A stretch of DNA of 64,000 bases from Thermoplasmatales archaeon SW_10_69_26 (GCA_003009755.1 PXUB01000042.1:730-64729); one strand, 5' to 3'. Positions 1 to 9,496 are shown, counted from the first letter of the stretch. Numbers and translations: made by a program. Notes: a model not told the origin generated them from the letters alone.

Positions 1-96
1 CGCTGGACTACCAGACTCCAAGCGAAGTGTACCTGGCAGGGTTGATCACAGAGGAGGGCGTGTACAGGCTCGTCAACGAGGTCCCTGGATAGTACA
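1..96 (+). mobile_element. Right end of an IS481-family-like insertion sequence (transposase C-terminus plus terminal inverted repeat)
   Basis: Frame 3..92 reads LDYQTPSEVYLAGLITEEGVYRLVNEVPG*, matching the L-x-Y-x-T-P-x-E-V-Y tail of rve integrase-core transposases. It ends in GTCAACGAGGTCCCTGGATAGTACA; an ...ACA terminus overlapping the stop codon is typical of IS481. Truncated by the window edge. Confidence 0.65.
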
Positions 97-120
97 GTGC
101 CAGCGGACGGCGTGCGGGGG

Positions 121-732
121 TCACCCAGGGTCAGGTGGCGAGGCCGGCCCCAGCTCCGCGTAGAAGACCCGGTGGCTGAACGTGACCTGGTAGCTGTTCG
201 AGCCGTCGGGTTCGGTCTCGAGATCCGGAGCCTCCGAGACCGGGCGACGCCCCGGGGCGTCCTCGAGGCTGACCTGGATCTCCCAGGTGCCCTGCCCCTC
301 CTCGCTGGCTGCCTGGTCGACCTGCTGGCGAGCCATCGAGCGGTTGACGGCCTCCACGACGTCGAGCTGGGGGACCGGGCGGAGCTCGAGGGCGGTCTCG
401 ATCGTCTCGTTGCGCGAGGTGTTCGTGATCGGGGTCCCGTTCGGCGGCCGGACCTCCATGCGGAACTCGTCCGGTTCGCCGACGTCGTCGGTCCAGTTCA
501 GGCGGACCGTGACCTCGGTGACGTTCGCGCGAGACAGCTCGAAGGTGTGGGTCCGGTTGCGGTCCTCCTCGAGCTCGCCCTCCTGGACCGTCGCGGGCCC
601 CTCCTCGAGGGACCACTCGACACCGTAGGCCAACGCCGTCGCGTCGGCATCCCCGCCGGTGAAGGCCAACACCGCGACCAAACCGGCCAGCAGCGCGAGC
701 GCGGCCGCGCCGAGCCAGACCCGACGGTCCAT
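121..732 (-). CDS. Membrane-anchored/secreted hypothetical protein
   Basis: 203 aa, N-terminal hydrophobic helix, acidic beta-rich domain (VTVRLNWTDD...GTWEIQV). Confidence 0.75.
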   Translation of the reverse strand: MDRRVWLGAAALALLAGLVAVLAFTGGDADATALAYGVEWSLEEGPATVQEGELEEDRNRTHTFELSRANVTEVTVRLNWTDDVGEPDEFRMEVRPPNGTPITNTSRNETIETALELRPVPQLDVVEAVNRSMARQQVDQAASEEGQGTWEIQVSLEDAPGRRPVSEAPDLETEPDGSNSYQVTFSHRVFYAELGPASPPDPG

Positions 733-780
733 CGTCGTCGTCGATGGGTAGGGGGCCCTTCAACCTTGACCCAGGGGCGG

Positions 781-1725
781 TCACTCGGTCGCGAACCGGT
801 GCTCGAAGCCGCGGCCCAGCTCGATCGTCTCGTCCTCGCGCACGAGATCGGCGCCGGCCCCCTCCTGGACGCGCCCCACGACGGCAGCCTCGAGGCCTCG
901 CTCGGCCAACGCCGACAGGAGGCCCTCGGTCTCGGAAGCGGCGACCGTCGCCGCCAACTCGTAGTCTCCACCGGTCGAAAGCGCGTGCGCGAGCCCGCTT
1001 TCGATTCCGCTCGCCCAGGCGTGCAGCGGCACCTGGTCGGCCTCGAGCTGCACGCTCACGTCGGAGGCGTCGGCGATCGCCGTCGCCGCGTCAGCCAGGC
1101 CATCCGACAGATCCATCGCGCACCGAGCCCCCGCCTCGCGGAGCACCTGACCGGCCTCCAGCCGCAGCTCGGGCACCAGCGGGTCGGCCTCGTCGGCGTC
1201 CCCGCCCTCCCGGATCCGGTCCAGGGCAGCGCCGGCGCCGCCCAGCGGACCGGTCACGATGACGGCATCGCCGGGCCGGGCTTCGGTGCGGATCATCGCC
1301 TCGCCCGAAGGACAGGTGCCCAGCGCGGTGACCGTCACCGTCAGCTCCTCGCGCGGCTTTGTGTCCCCGCCGAGGACCTCGCCGCCGGCCGTCTCGACGC
1401 GGGTCGCGATCGCCTCCCCCAACGCCACCACGGTGGCGCGGTCGAGATCGGTGGGGATCCCGTAGGCGGCCAACACGCCGACGAGGTCGGCGCCGGCCGA
1501 GGCGAGGTCGGCCAAGGCCGCGCCCGCCGCCAGCCGCCCGGCGCCCTCGGCCCCCACGCCCTCGGGGAAGTGCGTGGCCTGTGCGAACCCGTCGACCGTG
1601 GCGATCAGGTCCTCCGCGCCGAAAGGCACCACCGCGCAGTCGGAGACGAACCCCGTCTCGTTGCGCTGCGAGCGCAGCCCCGCCGTGAGCTGGTTGATCA
1701 GCGTGCGCTCGGCGTCCTCGGGCAC
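781..1725 (-). CDS. thiL: Thiamine-monophosphate kinase
   Basis: DCAVV, ADLASAGA, GGDT, MDLSDGL and GGDYEL motifs; GTG start inferred at 1725. Confidence 0.9.
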   Translation of the reverse strand: MPEDAERTLINQLTAGLRSQRNETGFVSDCAVVPFGAEDLIATVDGFAQATHFPEGVGAEGAGRLAAGAALADLASAGADLVGVLAAYGIPTDLDRATVVALGEAIATRVETAGGEVLGGDTKPREELTVTVTALGTCPSGEAMIRTEARPGDAVIVTGPLGGAGAALDRIREGGDADEADPLVPELRLEAGQVLREAGARCAMDLSDGLADAATAIADASDVSVQLEADQVPLHAWASGIESGLAHALSTGGDYELAATVAASETEGLLSALAERGLEAAVVGRVQEGAGADLVREDETIELGRGFEHRFATE

Positions 1726-1727
1726 GG

Positions 1728-1925
1728 TCAGTCCTCGTCCTCGGTGGGCGGCCACGTCTGTGAGGTCAACGCCCCGGTCGGGCAGGCCTTCACGCACAGA
1801 TCGCACTCGATGCAGGCCTCCGTGATGTCGACGTCGCCGCGCCACAGCTCGACCGCGTCCACGGGGCACACGCCGACGCAGCCCCCGCAGTCGGTGCAAA
1901 GCTCACGGTGGAACTCCGGGATCAC
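1728..1925 (-). CDS. 2x[4Fe-4S] ferredoxin
   Basis: Two CxxCxxCxxxCP motifs in 65 aa. Confidence 0.9.
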   Translation of the reverse strand: MIPEFHRELCTDCGGCVGVCPVDAVELWRGDVDITEACIECDLCVKACPTGALTSQTWPPTEDED

Positions 1926-1969
1926 GAGCAGGGGAATCCGGTTCCCGCGGTTAAGGGTGTAGGGGTCTG

Positions 1970-3025
1970 CTATGGGTGATGGGCGAACGACGGGGCGGTG
2001 ACGTACTCGTAGAACAGCGGCGGCACGTGGTCTGCCGGCCCGAGACAGGCGCCGTCCCGGGCCTCGTTGTGATCGTCCTTCACGCAGATGTAGACCTCCG
2101 CGTCCTCGTGGACGTGGTCGTGATCCTGGTCGGCCAGGCGAAGGGACGTCGGCAACGGCTCACCTGGGTCCCGGTCGTCGGTGTCGAGGGTCCGGGTCTG
2201 CCAGGAGACCTCGGGCCCGAGACCCGCGCGGTCCTGTCCGTCGTAGGTGAGGTCGGCGTCGCGGACGTGGGCGCTCTCGACGAGGGTGTCTTGGTCGCGG
2301 TCGGGGCCGAAGGCTGCTCGTGTCGGGACCGGTTCCAGGTCGACCGGGCCAGCCGGCACGGCGTCGTCCCCGTCGTCGGGATCCACGTCCCGTTTGACTT
2401 GTCGGTGGGGCGGGTTGAAGTACGGCTCCCCGCCGCGGACGTGCAGGCAGACCTCGCTGGTCGCGATCTCCGCGTAGGCCGGATAGCCGTCGCCGTCCTC
2501 GTCCACCGGGCTGGCGATCCCGACCAGATTGAGCCCGCGACAGACGATCGAAGCCAGGGTTGGTGGACGATCCGGATCCTCGTCGCTCCCGTAAGGGGCC
2601 ACGTCGTAGGGAAGCGACAACGAGGGGCCGTCGGTCACGTTCGCCACCGCCCGTCCGGGATCAATGCGGACGAGGTCGAAGCTGGCGTCGGCCTCTACAG
2701 GTAGCCCGTCCCCGTCGCTGTCGGTGCCTCGGCGGACCTCGGTTGGGAGGAGCAAGCCGACGGGGCCCTCCGGCTCGTACTCGGTGAGGCTCTCGCATCC
2801 CCCGGCGTTCTCGAGGGCTCGGACCAGGTTCCGGCCCGCCTCGTTCGAGCAGATCCGCTCCTCGATCGCGTCCGGTACGTCGTCACCGTCGCTGTCTTCG
2901 CTTGCAGCCGAGGAGGCCCCGCCCAAGCCGATCGGGGTGAAGACAGCGACCGCCAAGATCCCGACGACAAGAGGACGGGAAGAGGCCGACATGGCGATGG
3001 GCCGAACCGTCGCCGAACGTTTCAT
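1970..3025 (-). CDS. Secreted acidic protein with DxDxDG (thrombospondin type-3-like, Ca-binding) motifs
   Basis: Signal peptide; DSDGDDVPD, DSDGDGLP, DEDGDGYP, DQDHDHV. The start could be the second Met. Confidence 0.7.
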   Translation of the reverse strand: MKRSATVRPIAMSASSRPLVVGILAVAVFTPIGLGGASSAASEDSDGDDVPDAIEERICSNEAGRNLVRALENAGGCESLTEYEPEGPVGLLLPTEVRRGTDSDGDGLPVEADASFDLVRIDPGRAVANVTDGPSLSLPYDVAPYGSDEDPDRPPTLASIVCRGLNLVGIASPVDEDGDGYPAYAEIATSEVCLHVRGGEPYFNPPHRQVKRDVDPDDGDDAVPAGPVDLEPVPTRAAFGPDRDQDTLVESAHVRDADLTYDGQDRAGLGPEVSWQTRTLDTDDRDPGEPLPTSLRLADQDHDHVHEDAEVYICVKDDHNEARDGACLGPADHVPPLFYEYVTAPSFAHHP

Positions 3026-3080
3026 CGTTCCGACGGGGATCCGCGCAACGCTTTTCCCTCCGCTGGAGCTACCTCTGGGC

Positions 3081-3800
3081 GTGCACCTCGTCCGCGACCG
3101 TCACCGCCGTGGCCCAGACAACATGGCGATCGACGAGGCCCTGCTCGAGCGAGCCGAGCCGATCGTCCGCCTGTACGGCTGGGAGCCGGCCTGCGTCACG
3201 CTCGGCTACCCCCAGGACGAGGACACCGTGGACGAGCAAGCGCTGGCCGACCGCGGTCTGGACCTGGCCCGGCGCCCCACCGGCGGCGGCTCGATCCACC
3301 ACGACGCGACCGAGGTCACGTACGCCGTCGTCCTCCCCACCGACTGGGACGGGCTACCCGGCGACCTCTTCGAGGACTACCGCTACATGAGCCGCGGCGT
3401 GCTCGAGGCTCTCCAGGCGTTGGGCGTCGATGCTAGCTACCGACGCTCGCAGGGCGGCCGGCGTGACTTCTGCTACCTGCGCGAGGCCGGCGTCTCGATC
3501 GTCGACGGCGAGGGCCGCAAGCTGTCCGGGGGCGCCCAACGACGGACGAAGGACGCCGTGCTCCAGCACGGGACCGTGATCGTCGAACGCGACGTCGAGC
3601 TCTTGGCCGACGTCTACGACGAGACCGCCGACGCCATCGAAGCCGGTGTCGGATCGCTGGCGAGCCTGGGTGTCGACGTCGACCGGGGGAGGCTCGTCGA
3701 CGAGCTGCTGGCGGCGTTCGAGCGCACGCTCGCGCCTGCCGAGGTCACCGAGAGCGGGCCCACGGCGCTGGACGAGGGCCTCGCCCGCCCCTCGGCCTAA
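3081..3800 (+). CDS. lplA: Lipoate-protein ligase A family protein
   Basis: NMAIDEAL, RRPTGGG, GRKLSGGAQ and LQHGT motifs; GTG start at 3081. Confidence 0.88.
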   Translation: MHLVRDRHRRGPDNMAIDEALLERAEPIVRLYGWEPACVTLGYPQDEDTVDEQALADRGLDLARRPTGGGSIHHDATEVTYAVVLPTDWDGLPGDLFEDYRYMSRGVLEALQALGVDASYRRSQGGRRDFCYLREAGVSIVDGEGRKLSGGAQRRTKDAVLQHGTVIVERDVELLADVYDETADAIEAGVGSLASLGVDVDRGRLVDELLAAFERTLAPAEVTESGPTALDEGLARPSA

Positions 3801-4061
3801 CCGTCGCGAGACCGTCGCTCGCCCACGACGAGCGCGCCCGCCAGCACAGCGGTCCCGCCGCCGACGCCGACGGCCGGCACACCGTTGGCTCCGTCCTCGC
3901 CGCCTCGCCGGCCACGAAGCTGCCCTCGGTCTCCGAGCTGGGTGGTGTTCCCGGCCCCGACATGGGCAGCTGGGCCGTGTGCACCGTCGACCGTCAGCGT
4001 GCCCTCGCGCAGCCGAAGGCGTGGAAGCCGTCGGGGCTGCCGCGATCGCCCAGGCTTGCAT
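3797..4061 (-). pseudogene. Remnant of a secreted protein with a PGF-CTERM-like tail
   Basis: One minus frame reads ...LREGTLTVDG...NGVPAVGVGGGTAVLAGALVVGERRSRDG* with no in-frame start. Confidence 0.35.
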
Positions 4062-4112
4062 GGTCACCGAGCGGGCCTGGCGGTGCAAGAGCCTGGCGGC
4101 AGGCCTGGGAGG

Positions 4113-4793
4113 TCAGCCGTCTGCGCTGGCGGCCGTCCCGTCCTCGAGGAAGGGGTACCCGCTCGGGCACACGTCCAGCAGCCGGCAATCCGAGCACTTG
4201 GGGTTGCGGGCCGAGCACGTCTGCCGGCCGTGCTCGATGAACAGGTGCGTGATGCGCTTCCAGTCCTCCTCGGGCAGCAGCTCCATCAGCTCCCGTTCGA
4301 TCTTGTCCGGCGTCGATCCGTCGACGAGATCCAGCCGTTGGCTGATCCGCTGGACGTGGGTGTCCACGACGACACCCTCGACCTTGCCGAACCCGTGATG
4401 CAGGACGACGTTGGCGGTCTTGCGACCGACGCCTGGCAGGTCGGTGAGCGCGCTCATCGTCTGCGGGACCTCGCCGCCGTGCTCGTCGACGATGATCTGC
4501 GCCGAGCCGATCAAGCGCTCGGCCTTCTGCCGGTAGAACCCCGTCGAGTGCACCAGCTCCTCGACGTTCTCCTGGTCGGCCTCGGCCATGCTCTCGACCG
4601 TCGGGTAAGCCGCGAACAGGTCGGGCGTGACCTTGTTCACCATCTCGTCGGTGCACTGGGCGGAGAGGATCGTGGCCACGAGCAGCTGCCAGCGGTCCTC
4701 GTAGGTCAACGAGATGTCCCAGTCCGGGAACTCGTTCACAAGTTCCTCGCGGACGTGGCGGGCGCGCTCGGCTCGGTCCACCGAGCCAGGCAA
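4113..4793 (-). CDS. nth: Endonuclease III
   Basis: LSAQCTD, HhH LPGVGRKTANVV, VVDTHV, and C-x6-C-x2-C-x5-C FeS motif. Confidence 0.95.
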   Translation of the reverse strand: MPGSVDRAERARHVREELVNEFPDWDISLTYEDRWQLLVATILSAQCTDEMVNKVTPDLFAAYPTVESMAEADQENVEELVHSTGFYRQKAERLIGSAQIIVDEHGGEVPQTMSALTDLPGVGRKTANVVLHHGFGKVEGVVVDTHVQRISQRLDLVDGSTPDKIERELMELLPEEDWKRITHLFIEHGRQTCSARNPKCSDCRLLDVCPSGYPFLEDGTAASADG

Positions 4794-4911
4794 CCCCGTG
4801 AGCGGTTTAAGCGCTGTGGTCGGCCGAGCAGGCCCCCCGCGGCGGGAGCGCGCCCTCCCGCGCCGATACGGGCCCCAAGGCTATTTGCTGGTGGGTGGGC
4901 CTGCGGGGGCG

Positions 4912-5259
4912 ATGTCCGAGCTGGACACGCTGTTCGAGCAGCCGGCCGAGCTCGTCGACGCCGTCGGCGGCGAGGAGCTCGTCGTCGAGGCCTTCCGCGA
5001 GATGGTGAAGGACGAGCTCAAGCGCCACATCCGGGAGACGCTGGACGAGAACCCGGAGCTGCGGGACGAGGTCAAGGACGCCGTCGGCCGCTACTTCGAG
5101 GCCAAGGTCGCCCAGACGCTGGCCATGGTCGCGCTCGCCAAGGCCGGCACGAAGGTGTCGTTGGCGTCCCTGCCGGATCAGCTGCAAGGCCAGGTCGGCG
5201 AGGATATCGCCCAGACGCTGGAGAAGGATCTCGCGCGCGTTCTCGAAGAGAGCCTGTAG
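4912..5259 (+). CDS. Hypothetical helical protein
   Basis: 115 aa acidic ORF (MSELDTLFEQ...) with host-like codon usage. Confidence 0.7.
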   Translation: MSELDTLFEQPAELVDAVGGEELVVEAFREMVKDELKRHIRETLDENPELRDEVKDAVGRYFEAKVAQTLAMVALAKAGTKVSLASLPDQLQGQVGEDIAQTLEKDLARVLEESL

Positions 5260-5443
5260 GCTCCCGCTGGCCGGCAACCAAGCAGGGTTCGCGAGGGGGA
5301 GGCCTCCACCGGCCAGCCGGGCGCTCCCGTGAAGCGGCCGTCCTCTTCCTCGGGCTCCGTCGGGAACCTTCTCTTCCCCTTTCCTCGCCCCCCTGCCGGG
5401 GATCGCTGCCGCCAGGCCGAGAGCTCCGATCGCCCGGTCCCGG

Positions 5444-7642
5444 CTAGGGATCCTGAGGCAGGTCGATCTCGGTCGCCTCGTCGAAGTCCCCCTCGTCCAG
5501 CGCCGCCAGCTGGTCTCTCGTCTGCCGCCAGACCTTCTCCACGCGGGTGAGATCCTGGCGCTGGTAGCGCATCCGCGGGGGTTGGCCTTCGCCGCCCGCC
5601 AGCGGGAAAAGCCCCTCGTCGCAAAGCTCCTCGAAGAGCTCGTCCGGCAGGCGAGCCCCGCGCATGTACACGAAGAACCGGTGCACGTCGACGCCGCCGG
5701 CTTCGGCCTCGTGGATGCCCGACAGCTCGATGCGTGCCACGCGTTCGTCGAGCAGCTTGTCGATCCACTCGCTGGCCTTCGCCTTGGAGGAGCGGGCTTC
5801 GTCGGGCACGTCGATGCCGGTCTGCTCGGACAGGCGGTCGAGGTGCTCGAGCTGGGCCGGCGTCGGGTGGTCGCCCTCCAGCCAACCCTCGTCGAGCGTG
5901 CGCTGGTAGGGAGCCTCCAGCCAGTCGAACTCCTCCTCGAGGAACGCGTGGTAGCTGAGCTCGCCCTCGGCGATCGCGTCGAGGGCCTCCTCCATGCGGG
6001 CCGTGTACTCGTAGTCGATCACGCGCGAGTAGCTTTCGCGCAGGTAGTCGACCAGCCGACGGCCCTTGTCCGTGGGGCGAAGCGTGCCGCTTCGCTTGCG
6101 CACGTAGCCGGCGCCGTCGCCGCGGGACTTGATGCGTTCCAGCGTCTGCCCGTACGTCGACGGGCGACCGATGCCGCGCTCCTTGAGCTCGGACACCAGC
6201 CGCCCCTCCCGGTAGCGGGCCGGCGGGTAGGTCCGCCGCGGCTCGGGGTAGGCCCGCTCCAGCGCGAGCTCGTGACCGGTCTCGAGCTCCGGCACGTCGA
6301 CCTCCTCGTACCGGTACCCGGGCTCCATCGTGCTCGCCAGCGGATCCTCGAGGTGGTCGTCGTACAGCGTCAGGAAGCCGGGATCGGTCAGCTCGTGCCC
6401 GCGAGCCTCAGCCGCGTGGCCGGCCGCGTCCAGATCGAGGATCGTCGTGCGGTACACGGCGGCCTGCATCTGGCTGGCGAGGAACCGCCAGTAGATCAGC
6501 CGGTACAGCTCGAACAGCTCCGGGTCGAGATCGTCCTCGAGGTTCTCCGGCCAGACGTCGGGATCCTCGGGCTCGGTGGGGCGGATCGCCTCGTGGGCGT
6601 CCTGAGCGCCGGCGCCCTGGTTCCACCGCCGCCCGCTGTACAGCTCCTCGCCGAAGGCTTCGCGCTGGTCGAGGGCCGACTTGGCGCGGTTGAGGGCCTC
6701 CGGGGAGACACGCGTGGAGTCGGTGCGCATGTAGGTGATGAGCGCGCGCTCGGTGCCGTCGATCTCGACGCCCTCGTAGAGCCGCTGGGCGAGCTCCATC
6801 GTCTCCTCGGGGGAGAGGTTCAGCGGCTGCCCGTCGGCGGCGTTCTGCAGGGTGTCGGTCGTGAACGGCGGCGGCGGCACGAGCTCGTCCTCGGGGTCGA
6901 CCTCGCACCACTGGACCGTGAGGCTGCCGGCCTCCGCCAGCGCCTCGACCCGATCGGTGACCTCGTCCCACGCGTCCTCCTCGATCTCGCCGTCGAGGTC
7001 GGCCGTCAACGGTTGCGGTTCCTCGGCGTCCTCGGGCTCGTGGAGGACGCGAGCGTGCAGGGTCCAGTACTCGCGCGGCTCGAAGTCCTCGATCTCCTGC
7101 TCGCGGTCGACGACGAGCCCGACCGCCGGGCTCTGCACGCGGCCCACGCTGGGGGCCCGCGGGCCCTCGGGATCGTACTTCACCATGTCGGAGAGGATGA
7201 ACCCGATCAGACGGTCGAGCACGCTCCGGGCGCGTTGGGCCTCGACCAGGTCCTCGTCCACACCGCGGGGCTCCTCGAGGGCGTCCTGGATCGCCGAGTA
7301 CACGATCGCGTTGAACGTGATCCGGTGGATCTCGGCGTCCGACGGGACGGCGGTCTCGAGGATGTCGGCCGCGATCGCCTCCCCCTCGCGGTCGGGGTCC
7401 GGGGCGAGGTAGACCTCGTCGGCGCCCTGCAGCTCCTCGCGCAGACGCGCAACCTGGCTGTCGCCGCGCCGGCGGATCGGCTGCATCTCGTAGCTGAACC
7501 CGGCCTCCACGTCCACGCCCAACCGATCGTTGGGCAGATCGCGGATGTGGCCGCCGCAGGCGATGACCTCGTACTCCCCGCGGACCAGGCGGCGGATCGT
7601 GCGCGTCTTCGCGCCCGACTCCACGACGATGACCCGGCGCAT
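5444..7642 (-). CDS. topA: Type IA DNA topoisomerase, bacterial TopA-like
   Basis: TOPRIM VVES...GHIRDL...DPDREGEAIA, SVGRVQS, catalytic ITYMRTDS, QDAHEAIRPT, GIGRPSTY. Confidence 0.93.
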   Translation of the reverse strand: MRRVIVVESGAKTRTIRRLVRGEYEVIACGGHIRDLPNDRLGVDVEAGFSYEMQPIRRRGDSQVARLREELQGADEVYLAPDPDREGEAIAADILETAVPSDAEIHRITFNAIVYSAIQDALEEPRGVDEDLVEAQRARSVLDRLIGFILSDMVKYDPEGPRAPSVGRVQSPAVGLVVDREQEIEDFEPREYWTLHARVLHEPEDAEEPQPLTADLDGEIEEDAWDEVTDRVEALAEAGSLTVQWCEVDPEDELVPPPPFTTDTLQNAADGQPLNLSPEETMELAQRLYEGVEIDGTERALITYMRTDSTRVSPEALNRAKSALDQREAFGEELYSGRRWNQGAGAQDAHEAIRPTEPEDPDVWPENLEDDLDPELFELYRLIYWRFLASQMQAAVYRTTILDLDAAGHAAEARGHELTDPGFLTLYDDHLEDPLASTMEPGYRYEEVDVPELETGHELALERAYPEPRRTYPPARYREGRLVSELKERGIGRPSTYGQTLERIKSRGDGAGYVRKRSGTLRPTDKGRRLVDYLRESYSRVIDYEYTARMEEALDAIAEGELSYHAFLEEEFDWLEAPYQRTLDEGWLEGDHPTPAQLEHLDRLSEQTGIDVPDEARSSKAKASEWIDKLLDERVARIELSGIHEAEAGGVDVHRFFVYMRGARLPDELFEELCDEGLFPLAGGEGQPPRMRYQRQDLTRVEKVWRQTRDQLAALDEGDFDEATEIDLPQDP

Positions 7643-7828
7643 CTACTCCCCCTGGATCTCTTCCTCGGTCAACCGACCGAGCATCATCTTGCAGAGGTTC
7701 TTGTACCCGATGCGCCGGTTGCGGTCGACCAGGTCCACCAGGTCCTCGAAGGCCTGCGGGTGCTTCATCTCGAAGGCCTCGACCTCGTGCAGGGCGCGCA
7801 ACAGCTCCTCGTCCGACGCGGCAGGCAT
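7643..7828 (-). CDS. Small hypothetical protein abutting topA
   Basis: 61 aa; its stop is directly adjacent to the topA ATG. Confidence 0.7.
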   Translation of the reverse strand: MPAASDEELLRALHEVEAFEMKHPQAFEDLVDLVDRNRRIGYKNLCKMMLGRLTEEEIQGE

Positions 7829-7878
7829 CGAACCCCCTCAGCGAGGAGGGGCGATAAAAGCACCGGCGTCCTGTCCCG

Positions 7879-8097
7879 TCACTCGTCCCCGTCGTCGGGT
7901 TCCTCGGACGCCTCCTCGAGCTGGGCCTGCAGCTCTTCGCGGATGCGCTTGGCGTCCTCGAGGCTGTCGGCCTCGATCACGAACGAGCCCTCGTAGCCGC
8001 ACTCCCGGCACTTGTGTCGCTGCCCGAGCGGGGTGAGGTGGTCGGCGTGCACCTCGTGGGACCCGCATCGGGGGCACAACCGGAGGCGAGGCTCCAT
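7879..8097 (-). CDS. Small Zn-ribbon protein
   Basis: CPRC...CREC with an acidic tail. Confidence 0.75.
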   Translation of the reverse strand: MEPRLRLCPRCGSHEVHADHLTPLGQRHKCRECGYEGSFVIEADSLEDAKRIREELQAQLEEASEEPDDGDE

Positions 8098-8137
8098 GGG
8101 ATGGGAACGGAGGCCACCGCTTTCAGGTTGGCGGCAC

Positions 8138-8383
8138 TCAGGTGTACATCGCGTCGTCTTCGTCGTCGAACGTGTCCTCGCCGGCCTGCTCGAGGACGTC
8201 GATCTTCAGGACGAGATGCGTGGGCACCAGCCGCTTGCCGTCGTCGGTCTCCAGCACCATCGCGTCGACGCTCCCCATCGAGGTGATGCCCTGGAAGGTG
8301 GCCTCGACCTCGAAGTTGTCCTCCCGCGTGCGGACGCTGGTGACCCGGTAGCGGGATCCTTGCGTGAGGTTGAAGTCGCTCAT
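8138..8383 (-). CDS. Small beta-barrel (Sm/SH3-like) hypothetical protein
   Basis: 81 aa, beta-strand pattern, acidic tail ending MYT; 9 bp downstream of the HTH gene. Confidence 0.75.
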   Translation of the reverse strand: MSDFNLTQGSRYRVTSVRTREDNFEVEATFQGITSMGSVDAMVLETDDGKRLVPTHLVLKIDVLEQAGEDTFDDEDDAMYT

Positions 8384-8392
8384 CGCGGGTCC

Positions 8393-8959
8393 CTAGGAGG
8401 GCCCAGCTTGGTTGGCGGCCGCCTCGGCCTTCGCCTCGGCTTCGGCCTCGACCTTCGTCTCCGGCGGGGACTTTCGATCGAAGGCGCCGTCGGTCTTCTG
8501 TCGCTCCTCCTCGGCCAGCTCCTGGAGGTGGTCCACCGTCTTGCGGTAGTTGTCCATCGCGACCTTGACGTGCGCCTCGACGAAGTTCCACGCTTTCGAG
8601 AGGTTCCCGTACCGGATCCGGTAGGCCTTCTTGGGCTGGCCCTCGCTGGAGTCCGGCCGCACGACCGACTCCTCGAGCAGGTCCAGCGCCTTCAGCTTGT
8701 TCAGGTGACGGTACACCGTCGGACGCGAGGTGTCCAGCACCGTGCAAAGCTCGTTGATCGTCCACGCTTTCTCCGGTCGCTTCAGGAAGCAGTTCACGAC
8801 GAGCCTGTAGGGTACCGAGTTGCGCACCGACTCGGTGTCCGTCTTCGGATCGTAGCCCTTCGGAAGGTAGCCGACCTGGTAGAGCAAGGTCGTGGCCACG
8901 GTCTCGAAGTCGTTCACCGGTGTCAGCGGTGTGTTGCTGACGACTTGGATCTCGAACAT
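8393..8959 (-). CDS. Winged-HTH transcriptional regulator
   Basis: WTINELCTVLDTSRPTVYRHLNKLKALDLLE helix-turn-helix and wing. Confidence 0.85.
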   Translation of the reverse strand: MFEIQVVSNTPLTPVNDFETVATTLLYQVGYLPKGYDPKTDTESVRNSVPYRLVVNCFLKRPEKAWTINELCTVLDTSRPTVYRHLNKLKALDLLEESVVRPDSSEGQPKKAYRIRYGNLSKAWNFVEAHVKVAMDNYRKTVDHLQELAEEERQKTDGAFDRKSPPETKVEAEAEAKAEAAANQAGPS

Positions 8960-9117
8960 CCCATCCCTCGCCGTTCGTATCCCCGCAGTCCGTAGTTAAG
9001 CGGTCCGGTTTCGTGATGGATACGTCGAGGCCGCCACCCGCCAACGGCACGCGCTCTACGTCACGACGCCGACCGTCGCCGACCCGCGTTTCCCGTGATC
9101 GACCGCTCTCGACGGCG

Positions 9118-9400
9118 GTGAAGCGCGCGACCGCGCTCCTGCTCGCGGTCGCTCTCGTGCTCCTGGCCGGCTGCCTCACCGGCCTGGACCCGGCCGACGA
9201 GCCGGCAACCGACGACGAGGCCACCGAGCCGGGTGGACGACCGAACCGGCGGTCCCCACGGCCCCCACCGAGGCCGCCACCGCGATCCTCGACGGCGAGC
9301 TGTCCGTGATCGGCGGCTTCGCAGACAGCGACGAGCGGACCGTGCTGCCCGGGATGTCCACCCCACGCCACGGGCTCGGCGTCGACGGCCCCCGGGGGCC
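9118..9400 (+). pseudogene. Remnant of a Kelch-repeat lipoprotein
   Basis: Lipobox LLAGC, then a second frame with TEAATAILDGELSVIGG and MSTPRHGLG (Kelch-like). Frameshifted and truncated. Confidence 0.55.
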
Positions 9401-9412
9401 GAGTGCTCGTCA

Positions 9413-9438
9413 CGGCCCTGCTTAACCAGACAGCCGGG
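9413..9438 (+). repeat. Terminal stub of the ~170-bp dispersed element
   Basis: CGGCCCTGCTTAACCAGACAGCCGGG matches the ends of the copies at 16105-16273 and 62280-62447. Confidence 0.8.
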
Positions 9439-9441
9439 CCC

Positions 9442-9463
9442 GAACCTATACGAAAACTCAACA
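9442..9463 (+). promoter_or_regulatory. Putative CarH-type operator (two 11-bp direct repeats)
   Basis: GAACCTATACG / AAAACTCAACA upstream of the operon leading to the CarH-like gene. Confidence 0.45.
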
Positions 9464-9496
9464 AGGGTGAGCCGCCTGCCGACCGCTGGTGACACG

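Noticed and set aside
5260-5443. Possible RNase P or SRP RNA (GAGGAAAG on the minus strand)
   Set aside because: Too short and lacks the GAGGAAAGUCC and AACAGAA P4 elements; more likely a convergent terminator region with a pyrimidine tract.
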